Positions 30,101-38,845 of a stretch of DNA of 54,940 bases are shown in pieces (the stretch's first letter is position 1; each line of letters starts with the position of its first letter). Source of the DNA: a virus (Duplodnaviria; Caudoviricetes); the IMG/VR virus record IMGVR_UViG_3300020452_000389, positions 1-54,940 of that record, one strand, 5' to 3'. The translations under genes were made by a program, and so were the position numbers. Under the pieces are notes generated by a model that worked only from the letters and a program-made list of their open reading frames with translations, had not been told where the DNA came from and made no database searches.

Positions 30101-33100
30101 GTTAAGCAAGATTATTTAAGAAGTTTAGGTATTGAAGGTGGAACAAAAGCAGAACAAGAATCAGCTTTAGAAGCGTACAAAGCTACGCTAACTGAAGGTC
30201 AATTAAAAAATTTAAATGATACATTAAATGCTTTTGATACTCAAATAAATAATATAAAAGAAAAAGCTAGTAAAGCTTCTAACTACGATGTAGCAAAAGA
30301 AGCGTTAGGTAATATTTATACTATTTATGATGAATCGCTTAAAAATGATACAGAATATAAAGCTGCTAACACACAAGGTAAACTTGTAAAAATAATAAAC
30401 GCTTTAAGAGAGGACATGCGTCTACAGAATATTGAAAACGCTAAATCAAATCCTTCCATTGTTGAACAAGTAGAGAATATGCCGTTTGCTCCATTTACAA
30501 AAGAAGGAGCTGAACAACAAAGAGATAAAATTTATGAGAAGCTTGGTAATGAAATGGCTTTACAAGAAAGTAGAGGATTTAGTACTCAATTAAATGTAAA
30601 TAGACAGGCTAGTTTATTAATAGGTGGTGATTTAAAATCAGTTAATGTTGTAAGTTATAAAAATGATGAAGAGCTTAAAGATAGATTAGAAGCTGTTGGC
30701 TTAAAGAAAGGTAGTCCGGATTTTATGGAAGCTTTTAATAAGCTAAAACAAGGAAAAGTTTTTGGGCTTGTGTTTGGTAAAACTATTATAACACAAAATG
30801 AAGATGCTGTAAAAGCAGATCTTGAAGCTGGAGTTATTAGAGCTGGTACAGTTGTGTTACATGAACTTACACATATTATTAAAGATGCTCAAATGAAATC
30901 TCCTGAATCAAAAAAGAAATATTTTGATAATCTATTTTTAGCAGCATCGACAAGTAATAATTTAGCGTTAAAAAGTATACATGATCAGACCGTGAATATG
31001 ATGAATAGATTATACGGTGATAAAGAAGGTGAAAATAAATTAAAATGGCAAGATGAATATACTATATTCTTGCAAGAGCAATTGTATGCTTATGAAGATT
31101 TTGTTCAAATAGAAACAGATGATAGCTTTCTTACAAAAATATTTAATAGAACAAACCCAGCTAATTTAAATACACCTGAAAAAGCTTTAAATTATTTAGC
31201 AGCTAGCAATGCTGCTTTTAGAAGAGGTAAAATTTCTAGATCTACAAAAAAAGCTGTAGAACGTTTTGAAGGAACCAACATCAAAGAATCTGGTAGAGAT
31301 ATAAATGATTTAGCTAGAGATTATAAAACTTTACCTGTTGATCAAAGAGCTAGTTTTTTATTAGACACTGATTTTTATAGACAATACCTTAACACTTCTT
31401 TAGCGGCAATGGGCTTTAATATTAACAAAGGTGATATAGCTACTGAACAAGCAGAAGGTTTTGCTGTTGATGCTTTTGATAGAGTAACAAAAAGTTATAA
31501 ACCAGAAGATGGTTCGTTTACTAACTGGATATATTCAACTGTGGGTAGAGAAGGTAGAGCTAAAATAGGAGAGGAAATAGAAAGAAAGAAAAAGTTAGTA
31601 CGTCAAAGTCAAGCTCAAGAACAAACTAGATTAGTTGCTAAAGAAACCGCAGAAGACGCTGTAAGCTTAGAAGAAAGAAAAAAAGCAGAAGGTACAGGTA
31701 GAACACTAGTAGATCCTAGAAAATTACCAGGAGTACCTTCAAACATTGACAATATAGTAGAAATAAATAAAGACGATGTTGTAATAAATCCTGAATCAAG
31801 ATCTTATACAACAGATTTTAGAAGTATATCAGATCAATATGGTCCTAAGGTAGCAGGTGAAATTTATGGTATAAACCCTAGTAAACTTAAAAAAGGTGCT
31901 GATCTTACATATGGTCAGAATAAAGTAGTTGATGGTAGAAAAGTAAGTTCTGAAGCTGAAAAAATACAAAGCGAGTTTACCAATGCTCAAAACGTTAAGA
32001 AGTTTATTTCTTTATTTCCTGAATTTAATATAAGTACACCTACAGCTGTAACTACACAACAAGGTCAAGAAACTAAAGTTGATAAAGATGTGCAGGGTAG
32101 ATCATTAGGTATTGCCCCTAGTGTACAAAACTATTTTTATGAAAATTACGTTGACCCTAGATCTTTAAATAAAGAAACTAAAAAAGATGCTATAACAAAT
32201 CCTAAAGGAAGATCTAAAGGTACTACTAGTCAAACGCAAGTAAAAAGATTAAAGCCTGAATTTAGAGGCACCATATCTAATGAGACTATTAAAAAGCTAC
32301 AGAATGATTTAGGTATAACTGCAAAAGGTGAATTTAACGTTCCACCAAAAGGTAAAGCAAGAACTGAGTTTGGTAGACTACTTATAGGTTTAGCAAACTT
32401 AAAAGGTGCTATTGTAGCTAATACTGTTGTAGATCAAAAGATACAATCACTTATTAAGAAAGGTGAAATTAAATCTGTTAGAACTCCAGAACAAATCACA
32501 GCAAGCACAAGAGCTGGTAGAAGTAAAATACAGTATAGTGAAAAAGCTCCTTCTGAGTATGTTGTTTCTTTAATGCAAAAACTAAGGGTGTTAAATAAAG
32601 AAAGCGGTACTAAAAAAGCTACACGAGAAGGTGAATTTTTAACTAGAGGTATACAGCAAACAAGACTAAGTGACGGTACAGAAAAAACTATAATAGATAG
32701 AGATAAATATTTATCTGATGAAGTTGCTGCGTTTAAAGGAGAAATGTTTTTAGAAGGTATGACAAGGGTGATAAATGATTTCTTAAAAACATATCCTGAA
32801 TTTAGAAACTTTTTTAAACAGGCTACTGTGTTTGGAATGGATAGATCTGCGTTTGGTGTTGCACCGCTTTATAATAAAAATATTTCTACTACTAAAAGTA
32901 AACAAGCTAATGTTAACAGAGAGTCAATGACTTCTAATAAAAAGTTAACAAACGCTTATGTAAATGAAATTGAAAACAATACAAAAAGTTATGTAGCTAA
33001 ACAAAAAGATAAAATACAAGTGCTATATGATTTTGCTAAAGCAGTTGAATCTTATTTAGAACAAGAGACTGAAGTAGAAATAGATGGTAAAATTAAAAAA

Positions 33101-36100
33101 GTAAAAGCTAATAAAAAAAATGCATGGGTATTTGATGAAATTAGAGCTGAAGCAACTAACTCTCAACAATCTCCATTTAGAACATTATTCCCTGTTTATT
33201 TAGTTGAAGTAGATTTTCAAGGTAAACCACTCAGAAATGTTAAAGGTACAGAAGAGCATTCAACTCCTCAAAACCAAATAGGAACGTTGTTAATTCAAGC
33301 TGCAATTGATCAGAAAGTAGATGAAGTTTTTCCTATTGTAAAAGCTTTAGCTATGCAAGGTTGGTTATCAGATGATGTAGATAATAAGCTTAACGAAGAT
33401 TATAGTAAATCTATGCCTTACAATTTGCTTAAAACAGGTATAGAGCTTTACAACAAAGGTGAATTAAAATTACCTGATGGTACTTTAGCTGCTATAAGAA
33501 TGAGTGAATCAGATGTTGATCTTAGTTTTCAAATGTATATTCCAACAGGTCAAACTTTATCTCAAATATTTTTTGGCACTGAAGATGTTAAACTAGTAGA
33601 TCAAAAACAATTAATGAGAGACTTGTTTAGCGGAAAAAGAACTCAAGCAGAAGTAAAACAAGAAGCTAAAAGATTAGTTAAAATACAACAAAAAGTAGAT
33701 GAAACTTTTAAACCTGAAGCACCTGTAGCTATAGATAGAAACAATACGGCTGATAAAGCTATGGCTGATGCTAGAAACAGTGTTAAATATAAAGAGTCTA
33801 GAAAAGGTATTAGTGTGTTTGATTTTGATGATACACTAGCTCAATCAAATAGTAAAGTTCTTTACACTATGCCTGATGGAACAACAGGTTCTCTTACGGC
33901 AGGTGAATTTGCATTAGAAGCATCGGGGTTAACTGAGTTAGGTGCTGAGTTTGATTTCAGTGAATTTAACGAAGTTAAAGAAGGTAGAAAAGGTCCATTA
34001 GCAGATCTTGCTTTAAGACGTCAAGAAAAATTTGGCAGCCAAGATATATTTGTATTAACAGCTAGGCCTCAAGCGTCAGCTATAAATATTAAACAATTTT
34101 TAGATGAAATTGGTTTAAATATACCTTTAGCAAATATAACTGGTTTAGCTGATGGAAGACCAGAAGCTAAAGCTAATTGGATGATTGAGAAATATGCTGA
34201 TGGTTATAATGATTTTTATTTTGCAGATGATGCTTTTAAAAATGTAGAAGCAGTTCAAAATGTATTTGATGTATTAGATGTTAAATCTAAAGTGCAACAA
34301 GCAAGGGTTAAGTTTAGCGAAAAACTAGATAAAGATTTTAACGACATGATCGAAAGAAACATGGGCGTTCCATCTGAAGCAACATACTCAGATATTGTTG
34401 CAAGAAGAATGGGTAAAAATCAAAAAAGATTTGCATTTTTTATTCCACCTTCAGCAGATGACTTTAGAGGTTTAACAATGTACACATTTGCTGGTAAAGG
34501 GAAGCAAGGTGAAGCTGATCAAGAGTTTTTTAATAAAGCATTAATAAAACCTTATATGGCTGGTGTTAACGCTATGAACTTGTCTAAAAATAGAGTTAAA
34601 AACGCTTATAAAGTTTTACAACAAACTAGTCCTGAAGTTAGAAAAAAATTAAACAAAAAAATTGGTGGTACTAAATACACTCATGATGCAGCTATAAGAA
34701 TTTATTTATGGAGTAAAGATGGAACTAAAATACCAGGTTTATCTAAACGAGACCAGGAACAAATAGTAAAATTAGTAGAAGCTGATACAGATTTAGTAGC
34801 TTATGCTGAAGGAGTAAAACTAATTACTAAACAAGATGTTTATCTTCCACCATCTGAATTTTGGGATGGTACTACTATAATAGGAGATTTATCTAAATTA
34901 ACTAAAGATGTTAAAAGAGAAGAGTATTTAAAAGATTTTTCGCGTAACGTTGATATTATATTTAGTCCTAAAAATTTAAATAAAGTAGAAGCTATTTATG
35001 GTTTTAGAGTAAGAGAAGCTTTAGAAAATATTATATACCGAATGAAAACAGGTAGTAATAGAAAGGCTGGTGCTGATAGAATTGTAACAGCATGGAATGA
35101 TTGGACTAACAGATCTGTTGGTGCTATAATGTTCTTTAATAGAAGATCAGCATTGTTACAGATGTTATCTGCTGGTAACTTTGTTAATTGGTCAGATAAT
35201 AATCCATTAAAAGCAGCGGCTGCATTTGCCAATCAACCTCAATACTGGAAAGATGTAGTTTATCTTTTTAATTCTCCTAAATTAAAAGCTAGAAGATCTG
35301 GTTTAGAAGGAGACATTAATGAAGCAGAAATAGCACAAGCTTCTAAAAAAGGTGGTATGGAAGGTGTGTTATCTTATTTATTAAAAATAGGTTTTACACC
35401 TACTCAAATAGCAGATAGTATAGCTATATCTACAGGTGGTGCATCGTTTTATAGAAATAGAATTAACACATATAAAAAACAAGGATATACCACTGAAGAC
35501 GCAGAGAAAAAAGCTTTTGAGGATTTTTCAGCTATATCAGATGAGACACAACAGTCAGCAGATCCAATGTTAATATCTATGCAACAAGCAGGTACTATGG
35601 GTAGATTAGTATTAGCATTTCAAAACACGCCAATGCAGTATACTCGTTTAATGAAAAAAGCTGGTCAAGATATTATAAATGGAAGAGGAGATTTTAAAAC
35701 TAATTTTTCTAAAATATTATATTACGGGTTTATACAAAACTTAATTTTCTCTACATTACAAAATGCTATGTTTGCTTTATTACCTGGATTTGAAGATGAA
35801 GAAGAACCTGATTTTAAAACAGATAAAGAAAAGGAAGAGTGGTTAGCTAAACAAGATAACAAAATGGACAATAAAACAACTAGAGTAGTTAACAACATGT
35901 TAGATACTTTACTAAGAGGATCTGGTTTAGCTGGAGCTGTTGTTGCTACAACTAAAAATGTTATCATGGAATATAACGATCGTCAAGATATGACTATTTT
36001 AGAAAAATCTAGAAACAACGCTGACTTATTAATAGCTTTATCTAGTATATCACCTCCAATAAGTTCTAAGTTAAGAAAAATAAATAATGCTTTAAATCTT

Positions 36101-36586
36101 GAAGACTTTGAAAGAGATATAATAGCAGAAAGAGGTTTTAGTGTTACTATTGATGGTAAGTTTCAGTTAAGCCCACAATACCAAGTTGTAGGTGAGGTTG
36201 CTTCTGGTTTATTTAATTTACCTTTAGATAGGGTATTTAACGAGGTTAATTCTATTACAGAAGCTTTAGATGAAAGGAATAGTGCTTACCAAAGAATAGC
36301 ACTAGCGTTAGGTTGGAAAACGTGGGATGTAGGAGCTAAGATTGAAGAGCATGAATTAATAAAAACCCTAGCAAAAGAGAAAAGAAAAAAGGAAGGAATA
36401 GAAAAAGGAAAGCAAACTAGAAAAACTAATAAAGAATTAGAAAAAGAGCACGAAAGACTTAGAAGAAGTATTATATTTAAACTACCTAAACCCATAAAAG
36501 ATAGTTTAATAAAAAAAGAAAGAGAAGACAAAAAGATAACTGCAATTTATAAGTTAAATCAATTGAAAGCTAAATACTTAGAATAA
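27116..36586 (+). CDS. Giant internal virion (polyvalent) protein, 3156 aa
   Basis: HELTH zincin motif, sigma-region-2-like segment, complete HAD motif set, helical C-terminal region. Confidence 0.8.
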   Translation: MEVYIVDGRELTLEQFEALAKEAGLSTEKYKALYNVEVKQDPNALDAAAGEDKASWESQLANLRSEYRKTWGDKFWMPEDTPDVTSGRGEMRKREVKRIEFTKAEKELVNKIKSYNENPNNIDFADWQTVINQGEDAIKSYLAQEFPFLRAKDGTIGNAIKVQLANGEFKEIDLKPIFSGQKKQAIEVIKEINATKEEYNNREIIQANMNNLAGSIERSGNVNAVNALLKDNTPYQLEQITEKYDEFAASDIKSYNVYKNGELISTQLPITKVDDFLRENITKVEFDNMVTTSVKAIDEMAALQRAYIERESQVIEEKPETKVKYYKKNYQNDVLDLVKSLGDFSQEELDEIEAYITRTQRQQFPTGTLTSRGYIPNTNTGLSPDEIIRQLTSLEGLSADIKNKLVQRGFINEMKEKVSNGISNIALQEAKEGSKTLLQNALTDIDKNYLLDLANYHNDNTLNKRKKINLENLGGLENDDTKELLTIAGSIKGTDLVLRKRNFEKDNKNAVKAWEDFYNPKLETIQKEFANLLNQLPPTVSVESSETPSGPLFKIDSTKDLGDTENKRVNNLINKITALQSTYHNLVFDANKSKEKIINNYSAFNAQLAEYTKSDYIIDEANKEYGLFNLVTKDVNDAFSQLFLTVPTLLNSDWAIRREKQLKDKNNYYKEMVDPEFSLEYITRTLGQQSANITMAIGIAGLGSIPALGLSDIAISNAIGVSFGLSSGTQTFRDLSIQRDAAEEAKLLAVRYKEAFDAGEISEYNYTIAMRDINTTIAMGKLDDNQILNASIANGIIEGTLTKYIGTASNSIALVKNFTQVDRATIAKTLFQGNPTKFYEFIGKPLVTRTGLEVVEEELIFGGQQFVTEAGILGRDIDREKFLKGANDTFWATVVTAGMSQSTGIVYSGMNAYGITKKYEKVINKSKLVLNDISASIQNLAKGDEGTKNSLLLGMFEELKSMGLAIDQNSIDLLNLSKENKNGESDLKTLIGTQLVKQDYLRSLGIEGGTKAEQESALEAYKATLTEGQLKNLNDTLNAFDTQINNIKEKASKASNYDVAKEALGNIYTIYDESLKNDTEYKAANTQGKLVKIINALREDMRLQNIENAKSNPSIVEQVENMPFAPFTKEGAEQQRDKIYEKLGNEMALQESRGFSTQLNVNRQASLLIGGDLKSVNVVSYKNDEELKDRLEAVGLKKGSPDFMEAFNKLKQGKVFGLVFGKTIITQNEDAVKADLEAGVIRAGTVVLHELTHIIKDAQMKSPESKKKYFDNLFLAASTSNNLALKSIHDQTVNMMNRLYGDKEGENKLKWQDEYTIFLQEQLYAYEDFVQIETDDSFLTKIFNRTNPANLNTPEKALNYLAASNAAFRRGKISRSTKKAVERFEGTNIKESGRDINDLARDYKTLPVDQRASFLLDTDFYRQYLNTSLAAMGFNINKGDIATEQAEGFAVDAFDRVTKSYKPEDGSFTNWIYSTVGREGRAKIGEEIERKKKLVRQSQAQEQTRLVAKETAEDAVSLEERKKAEGTGRTLVDPRKLPGVPSNIDNIVEINKDDVVINPESRSYTTDFRSISDQYGPKVAGEIYGINPSKLKKGADLTYGQNKVVDGRKVSSEAEKIQSEFTNAQNVKKFISLFPEFNISTPTAVTTQQGQETKVDKDVQGRSLGIAPSVQNYFYENYVDPRSLNKETKKDAITNPKGRSKGTTSQTQVKRLKPEFRGTISNETIKKLQNDLGITAKGEFNVPPKGKARTEFGRLLIGLANLKGAIVANTVVDQKIQSLIKKGEIKSVRTPEQITASTRAGRSKIQYSEKAPSEYVVSLMQKLRVLNKESGTKKATREGEFLTRGIQQTRLSDGTEKTIIDRDKYLSDEVAAFKGEMFLEGMTRVINDFLKTYPEFRNFFKQATVFGMDRSAFGVAPLYNKNISTTKSKQANVNRESMTSNKKLTNAYVNEIENNTKSYVAKQKDKIQVLYDFAKAVESYLEQETEVEIDGKIKKVKANKKNAWVFDEIRAEATNSQQSPFRTLFPVYLVEVDFQGKPLRNVKGTEEHSTPQNQIGTLLIQAAIDQKVDEVFPIVKALAMQGWLSDDVDNKLNEDYSKSMPYNLLKTGIELYNKGELKLPDGTLAAIRMSESDVDLSFQMYIPTGQTLSQIFFGTEDVKLVDQKQLMRDLFSGKRTQAEVKQEAKRLVKIQQKVDETFKPEAPVAIDRNNTADKAMADARNSVKYKESRKGISVFDFDDTLAQSNSKVLYTMPDGTTGSLTAGEFALEASGLTELGAEFDFSEFNEVKEGRKGPLADLALRRQEKFGSQDIFVLTARPQASAINIKQFLDEIGLNIPLANITGLADGRPEAKANWMIEKYADGYNDFYFADDAFKNVEAVQNVFDVLDVKSKVQQARVKFSEKLDKDFNDMIERNMGVPSEATYSDIVARRMGKNQKRFAFFIPPSADDFRGLTMYTFAGKGKQGEADQEFFNKALIKPYMAGVNAMNLSKNRVKNAYKVLQQTSPEVRKKLNKKIGGTKYTHDAAIRIYLWSKDGTKIPGLSKRDQEQIVKLVEADTDLVAYAEGVKLITKQDVYLPPSEFWDGTTIIGDLSKLTKDVKREEYLKDFSRNVDIIFSPKNLNKVEAIYGFRVREALENIIYRMKTGSNRKAGADRIVTAWNDWTNRSVGAIMFFNRRSALLQMLSAGNFVNWSDNNPLKAAAAFANQPQYWKDVVYLFNSPKLKARRSGLEGDINEAEIAQASKKGGMEGVLSYLLKIGFTPTQIADSIAISTGGASFYRNRINTYKKQGYTTEDAEKKAFEDFSAISDETQQSADPMLISMQQAGTMGRLVLAFQNTPMQYTRLMKKAGQDIINGRGDFKTNFSKILYYGFIQNLIFSTLQNAMFALLPGFEDEEEPDFKTDKEKEEWLAKQDNKMDNKTTRVVNNMLDTLLRGSGLAGAVVATTKNVIMEYNDRQDMTILEKSRNNADLLIALSSISPPISSKLRKINNALNLEDFERDIIAERGFSVTIDGKFQLSPQYQVVGEVASGLFNLPLDRVFNEVNSITEALDERNSAYQRIALALGWKTWDVGAKIEEHELIKTLAKEKRKKEGIEKGKQTRKTNKELEKEHERLRRSIIFKLPKPIKDSLIKKEREDKKITAIYKLNQLKAKYLE

Positions 36587-36587
36587 T

Positions 36588-37049
36588 ATGGAAAATATAA
36601 GTAAAAATATAACATATGCTGAAGCGATTCATTCTAGCACAGCTAAAAGAGAAAGTATAGATAATACACCAAATCAGAAAGAATTAGAATGTATGAAGCT
36701 TTTAGCAGAAAAAGTTTTTGAACCTTTAAGAGAATGGGTTGGAGGTCCAATTAAAGTTAATTCATTTTTTCGTTCTGTAGCATTGAATGAAGCAATTGGT
36801 GGTGCTGCATCTAGTCAACACTGTAAAGGACAAGCAATTGATATTGATGATGTATATGGTGTAAAATCTAATGCTGAAATGTATAATTGGATTAAAGAAA
36901 ACTTAGATTTTGATCAGATGATATGGGAATTTGGTACTGATACACAACCTAACTGGGTACACATATCTTATGTTTCAAAAGAAGATAATAGAAACAAATG
37001 TTTAAAAGCATATAAAGAAAATAGACAAACAAAATATAGAGTAATATGA
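36588..37049 (+). CDS. Endolysin, peptidase M15 family
   Basis: NSFFRS..LN..IGGA.SSQHCKGQAIDI...WVHIS. Confidence 0.9.
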   Translation: MENISKNITYAEAIHSSTAKRESIDNTPNQKELECMKLLAEKVFEPLREWVGGPIKVNSFFRSVALNEAIGGAASSQHCKGQAIDIDDVYGVKSNAEMYNWIKENLDFDQMIWEFGTDTQPNWVHISYVSKEDNRNKCLKAYKENRQTKYRVI

Positions 37050-37555
37050 AAAATAAAAAAGGCCCTAGCCAAAACTGGTCACGACCAAACAACGAAAAAA
37101 ACGAGCACAACGAGCATGCTGAACGTACTAATGAATATAAAGACAATATATCTCATCACGGTTCTATAAATCCAGCTCCGAGTAAAATTACCCAGTTTTT
37201 TAGAAAATTTAAAGCTAATCCGTTTGTACAAGATATAGCTAAAGTAGCTGCTATAACAGCCCCTATTGGTTTTATAGGAAAAGCAAATGCTATAAAAAAC
37301 GTAGGATCAGCTTTTGGTAATACAGCTAAACAATATTTAAGTAAAGGCACATCTATTGGTAAAGAATATAGAGTTGGTGGTGAATTATATGGTCATTTTA
37401 CTAGAGGCGGTAAATTAACTAATAAACATGTGCCTGTAGTTGGTAAACCTGGTACAACAGCAAGTGTACCTAAAAGCTCTTCAACTCAACAAGTATCTTA
37501 TGCTAACCCTAGAATAAGCATGACTAAAGCAGAAAGAGAAGCAGCTGGTTATTAA
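37046..37555 (+). CDS. Hypothetical basic protein
   Basis: 169-aa ATGA-coupled ORF. Confidence 0.65.
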   Translation: MKNKKGPSQNWSRPNNEKNEHNEHAERTNEYKDNISHHGSINPAPSKITQFFRKFKANPFVQDIAKVAAITAPIGFIGKANAIKNVGSAFGNTAKQYLSKGTSIGKEYRVGGELYGHFTRGGKLTNKHVPVVGKPGTTASVPKSSSTQQVSYANPRISMTKAEREAAGY

Positions 37556-37566
37556 AATTAAAAAAA

Positions 37567-37929
37567 ATGAAATTATGGAAAATTGCCCTTTTTGCACTAA
37601 TTGCTATTGCAAGTAGTTGCTCAATACAAAAAAGACCACAAATACAAATAACTCACGTTTTAGCTGTTACACAAGAAGGTGATACGTTAAAAATACCTAT
37701 AGATGTTATAAGACCTATAAACTATAGAATTATAAATTATAGTTCTGGATATGGTTATAACAATTGGTATAAACCTTATCATAATACTTATTATAATTAT
37801 AATTATAGTCAAGGATCTACTAGAAGCAGTAATAACAATTCAAATAACAATAACAGTAATAAAATTGTACCTCGAGATAACCCAGACAAAAGACCTTCAG
37901 GTGAAGTTTTATTAAAAGGAAGAAAATAA
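37567..37929 (+). CDS. Lipoprotein
   Basis: MKLWKIALFALIAIASSC signal and lipobox; Tyr/Asn-rich tail. Confidence 0.75.
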   Translation: MKLWKIALFALIAIASSCSIQKRPQIQITHVLAVTQEGDTLKIPIDVIRPINYRIINYSSGYGYNNWYKPYHNTYYNYNYSQGSTRSSNNNSNNNNSNKIVPRDNPDKRPSGEVLLKGRK

Positions 37930-37930
37930 A

Positions 37931-38083
37931 ATGGATTTTACCGATATGAAACTATACGCAATTAATTCGGCTACATTAATGATAAGCTTTACTAATCTAG
38001 AAATGTGGTTGAAAATAATTTTACTTTTATCTACTATAATATACACATGGTTAAAAATTAAAAAACTAAACAAAGAAAAATGA
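37931..38083 (+). CDS. Small membrane protein, holin-like (not in the ORF track)
   Basis: MDFTDMKLYAINSATLMISFTNLEMWLKIILLLSTIIYTWLKIKKLNKEK*. Confidence 0.7.
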   Translation: MDFTDMKLYAINSATLMISFTNLEMWLKIILLLSTIIYTWLKIKKLNKEK

Positions 38084-38382
38084 AAGTAGACGAAACAACT
38101 GAATTAACATTAGACTTAAAAACTATAAGTATGATCGTAGGTGGAACAATTGCTCTAGCAGGTATGTGGTTTACCTTACAGGCTGATATTCAAGATCTTA
38201 ACAATAAGCTAGAAAATTTTAGTGGAGATGAATTTGTTCAAAAAATGGAGTTTCAACTAAAAGACGAATTGGTAAGATCGACAATTATACAGATTGAAAA
38301 ATCAACAGACGGATTAAAAGAGGATATATTAGATAACAAAGAATCAATCAAAGAATTAGAAGATAAAGTTTATAAAAGATGA
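38080..38382 (+). CDS. Membrane-anchored coiled-coil protein (possible spanin or lysis accessory)
   Basis: One TM segment followed by heptads. Confidence 0.6.
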   Translation: MKVDETTELTLDLKTISMIVGGTIALAGMWFTLQADIQDLNNKLENFSGDEFVQKMEFQLKDELVRSTIIQIEKSTDGLKEDILDNKESIKELEDKVYKR

Positions 38383-38705
38383 AAAATTTAATTACAATTA
38401 TATTATTAATGTTTGCTTTTACAGCAACAGCACAAGATTTAACTTTACTACACGTTAATGCAAAATGGAATCAATCAAATGATTTTGATTTAAGAGGTAT
38501 TAAACATGCTAAAGTAATAATGGCAAGATTAGAGGATCAAAGTGAGAGCTTGAGAGCTAGCATTAAGTCGGTTCCTACTGTTGTTTTATTAGATAAGAAT
38601 GGTAAACCTAAAGGCCAATGGGCTGCAGGTTTAAATTTTAAATTAAACATAGAGAAAGAAGTAATTCAAAATAGAATTAATTTCTTATTGTTTCAAGATA
38701 AATAG
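38379..38705 (+). CDS. Exported thioredoxin-fold protein lacking CxxC
   Basis: Signal peptide; HVNAKWNQSN at the WCxxC position; IKSVPTVVLLD cis-Pro loop. Confidence 0.6.
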   Translation: MKNLITIILLMFAFTATAQDLTLLHVNAKWNQSNDFDLRGIKHAKVIMARLEDQSESLRASIKSVPTVVLLDKNGKPKGQWAAGLNFKLNIEKEVIQNRINFLLFQDK

Positions 38706-38749
38706 GAACAAAAAAAAATAGGCGTACCATACCTAAAGTTCCTGTAACT

Positions 38750-38783
38750 AAGAAGGGGATCTCATTTGAGGTCCCCTTCTTTA
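38750..38783. terminator. Strong hairpin at the convergence of the two arms (probably a bidirectional terminator)
   Basis: AAGAAGGGGATCTC-ATTT-GAGGTCCCCTTCTT. Confidence 0.85.
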
Positions 38784-38845
38784 TTATAACTAACTCCCAC
38801 CAACCACTCATTTCCTTCGTTAGTGATCAACCTAACGAACGTTAG

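Noticed and set aside
1259-36531. Many antisense ORFs in the track (e.g. 1259-1732, 12871-13335, 19193-19495, 35722-35967)
   Set aside because: They are shadows of strongly biased sense genes: S/F/L/I-rich, no motifs, and opposite to the arm's transcription direction.
27116-36586. Giant protein as a crAss- or N4-type virion RNA polymerase
   Set aside because: No DxDGD/DxDxD double-psi motif or T7-type polymerase motifs were seen; DFDDT belongs to a complete HAD motif set.
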